Shown piece after piece: positions 11,111 to 22,823 of a stretch of 64,000 nt of DNA. The notes under the pieces are model-generated. The model was given only the letters and a program-made list of their open reading frames with translations. It was not told the origin of the DNA and did no database searches. The position numbers were made by a program, and so were the translations under genes. How positions within the stretch are numbered: the stretch's first letter is position 1; each line of letters begins with the position of its first letter. This stretch comes from Amoebidium appalachense (lineage: Eukaryota; Protista; Ichthyosporea). The stretch is from the NCBI GenBank assembly GCA_963693365.1, contig CAVNZM010000007.1, positions 10,723,962 to 10,787,961 on the forward strand, written 5' to 3'.

Positions 11111-11658
11111 ATGCTGGGATAGAACTTGTAGTATGGTCACATCACCACCATGCATATGTGACACATAACACAGGGATGCATGTACAAACAGATGCATGCA
11201 CCCACACACCAAATGTGCTTTGCCCGGACGTGGCGCGCATATACATCCATGAAACACCCTTACAGGGGTAGGAGACAGATAGTGAAGTAGTGTATATATG
11301 TTTTTTATTTGTGGAGAGAAGATTAGTAGGTGGTCTTGTATAAGCAGTTCGCTGTATTGTAGAGGTTAGTGATCATTTGTGTGAGTCTCGGTTGTCAATA
11401 AAATAATTAAGTGTAGAGAGACTAGGTACAGAAATGTCGTGGGGATATGGGATATGTAACTTAGTGTAAGACTAATTAATGTACACCTGTTCTATGCTGT
11501 AAATGAGGAGGTCGTACGTAAGGCATCAAAGAAGAATACGATGATTGTTTTATCCGATGATCTGGATATATTTCGAATTTTCTGTATGAAGGACGTGGTG
11601 TTGGTGATGACTTGAATGTGTTGGGAGCTGGGAAAGCAACCCCCCCCAGCACACGTGT

Positions 11659-11710
<52 letters not shown>

Positions 11711-12636
11711 CTCCCCCTCCACCAGCATCACAAACAACAACAAGCTGCACACTAGATTTCTGAAAAAACCCTCCACATGCATCTCATGACCCCCTCCCCA
11801 ATCATATGGCACCACCACCACCAACCCTTGCAGGTCCAATATTGATCCCCAAGCCAGGGCCTGCACCCCTGCTTTTGGGACCATATCTATCGCGATGCAT
11901 ACATGAGGCTCAGTTGAAGTATACCGAGTCGAATACTAATCCGATAGCCCTTTGTAGTTCTGAATTTGTTTGAGGTGTAATCATTGGCACGCACGCGTCC
12001 AGCTCTAGCTCTTGCACATTCAGAGCCCACCCCTCTCCCCACCCCCCCCGGCCCCCCCCCATCCCGGCCCTAAAAACCCCAAAATACTAAATTTCTACTT
12101 CCAACACATCGTTCCTTCTCGAGTTACAGTAGTACAAGCAGAATGCCATCGGATCCCTTATGTGTTAGAGAGCTCACCTTGCCCAGGTAGTCTAGCCCCG
12201 CCCCTGGATTCTAGCTTGAAGTTCAGTCCGCCGCGGCCGGCGGATCCCTCGCGGCCAACTTTTCAGTTGACTGTACATAGCTTGAGGGATACCTGTGAAT
12301 TTGCACAGCATGTGACGGCTAGAAACCTTTTGTGTGTGATTTGATTATCCGTGTGAGTGCGTGTGTGCATGTGTGTCTACAGACGCTGTCTGCTTGTGTG
12401 AGTGGGGTGCACGTCACTTATAAGGCTTCCCCATGATGCAATGAGTGGGTATCGTGATGCACACCGTGGTGGACTCCCGTGTAGTTGGCTATGGCCGGGT
12501 ACGTGGCCCGGGGATGGGCCCCGGGGTGGGTGGGTGTTAGGTCGTGTGTGTGTGTATACACGGTGTTTGTGGTGGTGGTGCAGCGGTGGTGGCCGGTGGT
12601 GCACGTGGTGGTGGTGGTGATGATGGGGGAGGGGAT

Positions 12637-12687
<51 letters not shown>

Positions 12688-13412
12688 AAATATACCCGTA
12701 GTGCATCCTGTCCACATCATCTGCAATATGCATTCTAACATATTGAACGTGCGGATCCACTCTGGCCAAACATAGCCTGGCCCATATAGTGACTTGGAAA
12801 TTGGGGTGGGATATTGATGCATATAATTTATTATATTATATGCCGGAGGTTCGGTGCTGACTTTTCACATTTGAGGTGAAGGCCATGGTCACAACAACAA
12901 TATCAATGACATGAACGCTTAATGATTCCCCCCCCCCCCCCCCCCAGATTTCTGCGACCAGCGATACTTGGGGTCTAACCACGCGGAAATATCGAGCAAT
13001 GGCATTTAATATCAGCTCCCATTTCAGCTGATTATATAAATGATTTATTATTGGTACGTATTTGCTGGCACTGTGTGTTTGTACCACAGTCCGTGGAAAC
13101 ATGACTTGTGACCGGGGACCATATTACTCAAAAAAAAACAAAAAAAAAAAAAACACTTGAACAGTACAAACAGTTACTGCCTTCACTGAGTGATGCTATA
13201 TATGTACACAAGGAACTAAAAATAGGCCTTCCAATCGGCCTTATCTCACAAGCCTATCACCATATGGAATGGGTGTCTTCACCGACTGCATGCTATAAGT
13301 GGGCCTACACCCCCCCATAAGGCTTAACCCCGCTCTACCCTACCTGAGGCCACCTAACCCCAATGGGGACCATAACCCACCCACCTACACCCATTAACCC
13401 CTACCTACCAAT

Positions 13413-14123
13413 CTACTGGTATGTTGCGTCCATCATCTTTGCAATTGTTGTGAGCTGGATGTTTGATGTGCCCTCGTAGATGGAGCCGATCTTGCTGTCC
13501 CGGTAGAACTTCTCGGTCGGGCACTCATTGGTTGCTCCCAGCCCGCCGGTCCAGTCGATGCAGGCAGATGCTGCCCTCTCGGCAATCTGCAGCAAAAAAA
13601 AAAAGAATGGCCAGGGTGTGAGGGTAGCACACTGCATGTGCCGTGTGTATGTGCATGAATTAGACACAGGGACAGTGCATTGGCGGGGGCAGGGGGTTAG
13701 ATAGAGAGTTGCACAATCCAACGTACAAATATACTGGCAATGAACCCAACTATACATAAAGGGTATGCTATACTGTCTTTCATTTTTCTCTCTCTTTCCT
13801 TTCTCTCTCTATACCCTGTATAAAAGGAGGAACACACACAGGGCTTTTTCTTTCGTTTCTCTCTATATACTCCCTATATACGGAGAAAAACACACAGGGG
13901 TTTCCTTTCCTTTTGCTCTCTATACTTCCTATAAAAGGAGGAACACACACAGGATTTTTCCTTTCCTATATCTCTTTCACCCACCTGTGAACTGTAGAGC
14001 TTAGCCATAGCTGCCTGCATGACGAAGGGCTGGTTGGCCTCCCTCAGCCGGGCAGCATTGTAGACCAGAAGCTTGGCTGCTTCAATCTCGGCCTCAATCT
14101 CAAGAAGTGCCGCACGGTTGGCC

Positions 14124-14212
<89 letters not shown>

Positions 14213-15052
14213 CCTGCTGAGGCCCACTTGTCGTGGCATTGTCGGGTGTAAGGGAGAGACGGCAATTGAAGTGTGAGTGTTCCTTTCAACAACATGACGT
14301 GTTGGCTAATACATCCCCCCCCCCCCCCCCCCCCCCAATACAAATATATATATATAACAAAAAAAAAAAAAAAAAAATCCCAAACCCTCGCCTCCGTATT
14401 TCGGAGGTGAAAAAAAAGCCATAATTTTAAGCCACTCATTCGGACCACTTAAAGGGGGTTTCTTTCAGGCCGATTAATTGTCCCCATTCCAGCACATCCG
14501 GGTCAAGCCATTTTGTTCAGCATATAAATCATGATATGAACCGCAGTCTTTTTCCAACCGCTTTGTTATTATTCTTCCCTTCTTCATTTCTTTTTTTCTC
14601 TTTTCTTTTCTTTTTTTGTTGTATTATGGCGCATCTGTACCTTGCTGCCGGCCAAACGATGGTGCGTAGCTGATGCGCAGCACGCCAATCATATAGCTAA
14701 AATCACCTCTGACCCGACCCGACCCGAAAGTCTAAAAGAAACCCCCTTTAACCCCACAATAACCCCCCTCCCCCTCCCCCCCCGCCCCCCCCATACACAC
14801 ACACTCCCCCGTACCCATCTCTTGCACACTCAACCCCCCTGAACTGCGATTACACCACAGCCACAGGTATACTAGTGGTATGATACACTAAAAAGGGGAA
14901 AACCTAAACATAAACGGAGACATAAACAAGAATCACAAATAGAAAAAACGACTCGGCGGAAGGGAGGGCATGTATGTTATGTAACGCCTGTGTGTGGTGG
15001 TGGTGGTGGTAATTTTGTGGTGGTTCTGTTTTTTTTTGGGTTGGGGGGGGAA

Positions 15053-15091
<39 letters not shown>

Positions 15092-16088
15092 GATATGCAC
15101 TACATACCGGGCTGTTTGCGTACTCTGTGAAGTGGGGCCGCGAGAACTCGAGCACACCCTGGGCCAGACCAATCATCTGCGCCGCAATGCCGATACGCCC
15201 CTCATTGAGCATGCTGATGGCATACTTGTAGCCCAGCCCAAACTGGCCCAGGATGCTACTGGCCGGCACCTAATGAGTTAATTAATGAGTTAATGAATTG
15301 ATGGCATACTTGTAGCCCAGCCCAAACTGGCCCAGGATGCTACTGGCCGGCACCTAATGAGTTCTTTAATGAGTTAATGAATTGATGGCATACTTGTAGC
15401 CCAGCCCAAACTGGCCCAGGATGCTACTGGCCGGCACCTAATGAGTTAATTAATGAGTTAATCAATTGATTAATGGCATACTTGTACATAGCCCAATCAG
15501 ACACGGACTTGCACACACCTACAATCAAGCTCAACCAACCCCTCAAAACCTGGACACAAAAATACAACAGAGCAAAGGTGGCGGCGAATGAGTCTGTGCA
15601 CTCACTTTGTGTTGTGAATGCATACATGCGTGCATGTGCGCATGCATGTACTTGCGCACCTGCGTGCATGTTGTTTGATCACCTCTGTGTAGATGCCGGT
15701 GTGCCCATGTGCAATGCAAGTTCACATGCATGTACTCGTGCAAGTGTGTTCACGCAGGTGTGTGCTCGAGTATGCATGTTCATGTGTGTGTTCAAGCATG
15801 TGTGTGTGCACATTTGGGGGCCACACACCCTCACATCCTCGAAGGTCAGTGGGCAGGTAGAGGATGCTCTGATGCCCAGCTGTAGTAAAAACTCAGTCAG
15901 TCCCAGTCACGTGCTACATCCCTGCCCGGCCTACGTCCATTCACCCAAACATACACACCCACAACACTGTGATCCCTTCCCAGCCAAGCACACGCATGCC
16001 CCAAACCTAACACATCATGAGAAGGTCCAGTCAAAACCCTTACACGATATCAATTAACCACCACTTGTCTCTGACCCTCGTTCCTTCA

Positions 16089-16141
<53 letters not shown>

Positions 16142-16584
16142 AAAAAAAAAAAAAAACTCCACCACACACACACCTTCCCTCCATACACACACCACATCAC
16201 ACAAACACGCATCACTTACACACACTGCACACCCGTGTACCCAACCCCACCTGGCCAGCCAGCACACCCCCCCCCCAAACAACCCACCCACCCACAGCCA
16301 CGCACCTTGTTCTCCTTCTTGCCGATGCTCAACCCGGGTGTATCTCTGTCGACCAGGAATGTGGTGATGCCCTTGTAGCCCTTGCTGGGGTCCGCATTGG
16401 CCATGACGATGAACACTCCAGCCTCAACGCTGTTGGAGATCCACTGCTTGCTGCCTGCTCATGTACATCAGCACCATGCAAGGGGGAAAAAAGGGGGGGG
16501 GGGGGGGGGGGGGGGGGAATTTAAAAAAAAAAAATGAAATCACCCACCGATCCACATGTTACATCCCCATCTCCCATCCCATGC

Positions 16585-16620
<36 letters not shown>

Positions 16621-17689
16621 ACTTCCCCCCTCCAGGTCAACAATGGCTATACCATAACCAACCAAGAACCCCCCCCCCCCCAAAAAAAAAACATTATAAA
16701 AATTAAAAGGACTATAATAACTTAACACGACAAAAGCCCCCCTCCCCCCCCCCCCTCCCCGCCACACACACACACACACACACACCGTTGATGACGTAGT
16801 GGTCGCCATCCTTTACGGCCTTTGTCTGCATGGCAAAGGCATCACTGCCCGAGCCACTCTCGGACAGGCAGAAGCTTGACACCTGCACGTGCAGGGGTTA
16901 GCATGCAGGTAGTGCTTTTACACTGGCCTATATCAACAGAAACATGATAACATGATGCCAAGAAACATGGAAACAGTGTAATTGTTAAGAGTTAGCATCC
17001 ATGTACGTATGGTGGATCACATACATGAGATTACACAGACATTCACAGTCTTTCACATCCCATCAGAACGGACACCATATTGTGACTGTTGCTCCACATC
17101 GGCATGCTTCCCTTTACTCCTACTGCTTTTGACTATTTGGGCGGGGGGGGGGGAAGGGGGGGGGTTTGAATGCGGAACACAGTACGAAGTACGCATACAC
17201 GATGAGAAGCATGGTGCAGGACACATGCAAAGGCAAACATTCAACTATGCAGCATCAGCCATGCGCACAGTATGCGTCATAAGCAGAGCCCATCCTCAGG
17301 GAGGGCCCAAGTCATCAATTGCGTCTGAGTTTCGACCCCTTAGCCCGCGTATATACGACGCTCCAACTCAGACAGCAGCATCAACTGAACTTGGGTGGGT
17401 CAACCCGTCTTGATCAAAGACGAGCAGGGTTGCTTATGCAAGCAAGGTGAGCAAAACGGTGAAGATGTGTGTGCAAACTAATGCAGTGCAGCGACAAACG
17501 CGTGTGCTTACAGATGCACGACACAGAGCAACCATGCCCGGTTGCATGGAAGTAAAGATGTCTCCACACAGTGGTCTGTCCTGAAAGGACACCTCTGAAA
17601 GAAGACAGGGGGGTTTGAATGCGGAACACAGTACGAAGTACGCATACACGATGAGAAGCATGGTGCAGGACACATGCAAAGGCAAACAT

Positions 17690-17729
<40 letters not shown>

Positions 17730-17877
17730 CTAGATACCATGTCCTTTGCCAGGCGGGGCAGGTACTTTGCCTTCTGCTCCTTGGTGCCCAGGTTGCGGAT
17801 GAGGGTGTTGTTGAGCGTGTTCTGGATGTCCACTAGCACCGCAACCTGCACCAGTGTCAGCACGTGCACACACATGT

Positions 17878-17909
<32 letters not shown>

Positions 17910-18761
17910 GTGTGCACGCCAGGTTGTGTGAAAACACGTGCATACTTCGGATGAAAATGTGAATTTGTGGCACATTCATCTAATGCACACCTGCCTGCCC
18001 ATTCCTACATACACATCATTCCCCTCACTCCTAACAAACACTAAACAGAGACGGGAAAACAGCAAGCCACACTTCCTGCTACTCCAAGCAATATTGCCCT
18101 CAGATTACCTGACCACCCGTGCCCCTCTCCCCCCTCCCCCCTCCACCTTCTCTCCTCATTCTGCAACTCCCCACACATGGACACAGCATACACAGGCAAC
18201 ACCTACCGCCGGGTCGACCTTTGCGATTTCCTCTACAACCAGACACGAAGCCATAAAGGTGGATCCTGGCCCCCCGTACTCCTTCTCAATCTCAATGCCC
18301 CCGAACTGCACAAGTTGGTCAGCAATGCATTCGAGAAATACCCGGCATAGCACCATGTCTTTGTTCACGCGGAGAGAAGGCAAACCGGGTGGAGGGGAAA
18401 CAAACAAGTAGAGGGGGGTAGGCGGTGCCCTGGGGGGAGGGGGGGGGAGAGTCTATTTGTGGGCGCTTTTAAACACTAAAGGCATGTGGTGGAATATGGG
18501 TGGGGAGTGGAGAGGGGCATGAAGAGAAGAAATGCACCTATAGAGGTTTGGCATTGGTACACTCCACATCCCCCCCCCCCCCCCCCCCCAAAAAAAAAAA
18601 ATGAAATAAAATTAAATAAAATAAAATAAAATAAAAAATCGCAACCTCTTTCCTCCTTTCCCTGATACGAAACAAAAAAAACGGACACTAGTCCCTCGCT
18701 TCCACACACCATTTTTCACATCTCCCATCACATTCAACCAACATGGTTACAAAGATACCAG

Positions 18762-18810
<49 letters not shown>

Positions 18811-19054
18811 AAAAAAAAAACCCCACCCCAAAGCCCCCAGTCTCCTCTCTGTTCCTCCATCTCTTCATCCCTGTATCTCCAATACCCACATCACCCCCCC
18901 CCCCCCCCCCTCCTTTCCCCCCCAAAAAGCCTCCCCCCTTCCCCCCCTCCCCCCTCCCCCCCCCCCAAAAAAAAAACAAACAAACAAACAAACACAAAAA
19001 AAACCCGTACCCATTCAACCCATCCCCCCCCCCCCCCCCCCCCCCCCCCCCCAC

Positions 19055-19088
<34 letters not shown>

Positions 19089-20029
19089 AACACACACCCA
19101 TACGTACCCCGGCCGCAAACATGCCGTCCAGGACCTCCTTCTTCATGTATCCGCTCTTGTCCATCTCCCGTACGTGTGGCTGCAGCACGGTGCGTGCATA
19201 GTGTCTGGCTGCAGGGCAAACGAAACATTAGAAAATTCCTCAGAGCCAGGCCTTAGGCTAGAATGCCATTTTGCACCAAAGATTCATTACGCCATCCCCC
19301 AGCCCCCTTGCCCTCTAAAACAAACCAAGAAACGATTGGTAAGTAAAGCAAACCCGGAAAAGGCAAACGTTCCTTTCAGCTGAATTTTGAGTGCCTAAAG
19401 TGATAGTCCCTGTCTGGCTGCAGGTGCACAGGGAGAATATCCTACCCCTTCCTCCCCCACCCTCCTCCTTTGAGGGAGGGGAAAAAAAAGAGACCAGAAA
19501 CAGAAGTGAGAGGGACCCAATGTTTGTTAAATGGATGCTGGTGGGAAAGAGGGGGTGAAACGGGAGAGGGTAGATTCTTTGGAACATTGAAAAAGTAGTT
19601 GTGTCTCGTGTGAAAAGTTGTGTGTGCCAGGGCACGATTGTGCCTGCAACACACACCCGTGCCTGTTGTCTTTGTCTGCATAGCAGTGTGCACAACGCAC
19701 GCACTCAAACATGCAAATGGATGTACTGTTGTATGCAACTGTGTGCACAGGCAGTTGCATCAGAGTGTGCTTGTACGCCCACACATGCATGGAGGGTGTG
19801 TAAGTGCAAGTGTGGCACCCATGCGACATAGTGCGGACCTGTGTGGCCTGCTTGCATATGTCTATAGTTTAAGGGGGGGGAAGGGGGGGAGGAGGGAGGG
19901 AGAGGGGGGGGGAGGGGGGGGGGGGGGAGGGGGAGGGCCGGCTTGTCAAAACAACCATCTTTCTTCCCAACACATTTCCCAAGACCTTGCTATGTCACTA
20001 CAACAGCCGACTCATCCCAGCTCCCATTA

Positions 20030-20071
<42 letters not shown>

Positions 20072-20416
20072 ACCCTTTCCCCCCCCCAACACACACACAC
20101 ACTCCTGCACGAGCACACACACATAAACACCACTCTCTCTCACCCCATCCCTCAGTGCACACAAACCCTTCAATCTACCCCCTCCCCCCTCCCCCCCATT
20201 TTTTCTTTGCAGAATAACCAACCCCCCCTTCCCCCCCGTCCCATACACGCGCGCACACACACACATACACAAACATCAGAAACCCCCCCTCCCCCCTCCG
20301 CCACACAAGTGCGCACATCAACACACTGTTGAAGCAAACATGAACATAAAGGCTTGTAAACGCATGCACACACTCACACTATATACACACACACACACAT
20401 AGACACATGCTACTCA

Positions 20417-20464
<48 letters not shown>

Positions 20465-20816
20465 CACACGCACACCTTTGTCTCTGAGCTTGACCTCCTC
20501 CTCTGTGAAGCAGTTGAGAGGGAAAGCCTCCGCTACTATGGCCGACCCTGCGGCTGTGCTAAGCGACCGCGACGCCTGTAGGGGCCATGGGAGTCAACAG
20601 CAGGATAACATTGGTTGGTGGTATTAAAACACGTACCGAGCGAAACGATGTGTAAACCCCGTCACTATGTCTACTTCCCATGGACCCTCAAGGTGTAATG
20701 CACACACCACTAATACGTCTGTGGATGAACATGAACCCCTGACTCACCATCTGTGTGGCCACGGTCTTCAGGCAGGTGCCCGTTGAGGACAGCATCTTTG
20801 CGCTTGCGGACAGCAT
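13413..20816 (-). CDS. ACADSB: Mitochondrial short/branched-chain acyl-CoA dehydrogenase
   Basis: Phase-consistent exons 20748-20816, 20476-20575, 19108-19208, 18207-18305, 17738-17845, 16786-16882, 16306-16454, 15829-15879, 15108-15269, 13985-14122, 13413-13586. Motifs: transit-like N-terminus, [74 protein letters not shown]. Confidence 0.93.
13790..13975. repeat. Degenerate ~57-bp tandem repeat (about 3 copies) in the last ACADSB intron
   Basis: Recurring ctctata...cc.tata.aagg.g.aacacacag block. Confidence 0.6.
15216..15490. repeat. 84-bp tandem repeat (3 full copies + 1 partial) spanning an ACADSB splice acceptor and exon start
   Basis: Units start at 15216, 15300, 15384 and, partially, 15468. 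Each full unit contains TAG|GTGCCGGCC... on the minus strand. Confidence 0.95.
17165..17689 (-). mobile_element. Copy A of a poly(C)-associated non-autonomous structured-RNA element, with 76-bp direct terminal repeats
   Basis: 17165-17240 is identical to 17614-17689; poly(G) lies on both flanks; 17165-17447 is homologous to 62825-63075. It lies inside an ACADSB intron. Confidence 0.8.
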
Positions 20817-21826
20817 GTTTGCTCTATAACTCACACGAAGCCCACAAACAAGGAATAGGGAAACTAACGACTGACTGCCCAGGATGCGACAACACTAAAG
20901 TTTTGAAAGTGGACTGGCTTGCCGTCATCATGAGCCGAGCGCATGCATCGACTGCAAGCACTGGTACTTCTAACAGAATGGTGTGATATGGCTTATTCAT
21001 AACACTTATAATGCTTCTAAGTCATTTTAAAACCAGCAAAGAGTGAACTATAACGGTAAAAGAAATTTTAATGTGCTGTAAAAAAACACCGCGTGGGAGC
21101 CAGGATCATTATCTGCCAATCAAACACCTCATGTGCGAACCATATTCTGAATTTTGGCGTCGGCGTAGCCAATAAGAAGCGCTTCCGGTCGGAGGTGGCG
21201 ACAACAACTCCAGTTCACCCGTAGGCCCGGCAGCGTGAACAGTCAAGACCTTGTGTAGCATGCATGGAAGAAAGGAGGTCATTTTGTTTCCGAAGTCACC
21301 CTGCGTGCAAAAAAGGGGTAGCAGAAGACAATGATAAGGTCCTTTTATTTCCCTCCTCCGTGGAGAATATTTTGAGTTACATGACCGTGTGTGCGCGCGT
21401 GCATGGGTGCAATCGTGTGCCCACGGTGTGTGTGTGTGCCTGTGGAGGCCATCGTAGATTTCAGATCACTAGAGGACACTGTTTAGGAGGTACAAGGTTT
21501 AATTTTACAGAAACCCAACGAGCTAAGCAGGCAGGAAGCCGTTCTGAGGCCATGCCTTTTTTTTCCAGTCTTACTCGACGCCTGCCACAGTCTGCGCTTG
21601 TCATGCCGTGTGCACGTACGTACGCACTTGCTCGTTTGCAATTGGGTACCGCCACATCCACAGCACCACCAGTGAGCAGGCTGAGCCTTGATGAGAATTG
21701 TTCACATCCCAAGAATAGTATAGAATATAAAAAGTGACCTGAAAAGGCGCGCCTAACCATCCTCGAAAATGCTTGATCCCTGATGAAACACTTGCAGCAA
21801 CGGTGTAAGATTCAATATGAATGGGT

Positions 21827-21874
<48 letters not shown>

Positions 21875-21917
21875 AAAAAAAGACACACACACATATAAAA
21901 ACACACACACACACGCA

Positions 21918-21972
<55 letters not shown>

Positions 21973-22609
21973 ACACACACACACGCAAACACAAACACAC
22001 CCACACACACATGCATTCATATTACACACGAGGGTAGTAGAAGTTGAAGGTGAGTCATACTCGGTGCTTTCTCGTCGAACTCCTTATCAACATTGATAAT
22101 CCAAATGACTCTTTACTTCTATATAGCCAGTTGCCTTTTTCGTCTCTTCCCAAATGCTGAGGCCAATCTCTTGCTTTTTTTAATGACCACAAATGATCAT
22201 TTTCAATCGTTCTTCTGTCAAACCCCCCCCCCCCCCCCTCCCTCCTGCCCGCACACACAATTTGGCATAAAACTTCATTTATGCGCTCCGGACAACCCCC
22301 CCCCCCCCCCCCTTCCGAACCTCCCTCCCCCCCCCCCCCCCCCAAAAAAAAATAAAAAAATAAAAAAATAAAAAATAAAAAAGTCGCACCTTCCGACAAA
22401 GTTCTCCACCTCTTTTCTCGATTGTGCACGCCCCCTGCGTACGCCATATTTAATATTGTGACAGGAATTAGATGAATGCCAGAAATTTTCCCATTAAGAT
22501 TTCCCGGCACAATACACTTTCCACACGTTAATCTCTTGTCGGACAGGGAAGGAAAACCTGTTGGCCATTTGTGAGGGAGACTGGCAGGCCTAGATTTTTT
22601 TTTTATTTT

Positions 22610-22640
<31 letters not shown>

Positions 22641-22739
22641 GAAGGGGGACATACCCGAGCCTAACTTTTAGGCCGGCCACTTCAAATCACGAATTCCACC
22701 AAAGATCAGAAGAGCGCGGCATTGGACACGGGAGATGTC

Positions 22740-22823
<84 letters not shown>

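Noticed and set aside
11520-11600. IKEEYDDCFIR resembling TRIAP1/Mdm35
   Set aside because: Flanked by in-frame stops, with no second CX9C motif or splice support; probably chance.
13320-13410. TAACCC-like telomeric motifs (also TTAGGGTTAG at ~9665)
   Set aside because: Scattered single units, not a tandem array.
17283-17447. Element core as SRP RNA, U3, U17/snR30 or RNase P/MRP
   Set aside because: Only an AGCAGG fragment resembles SRP helix 8; diagnostic boxes of these RNAs are absent, and truncated dispersed copies with terminal duplication fit a mobile element better.
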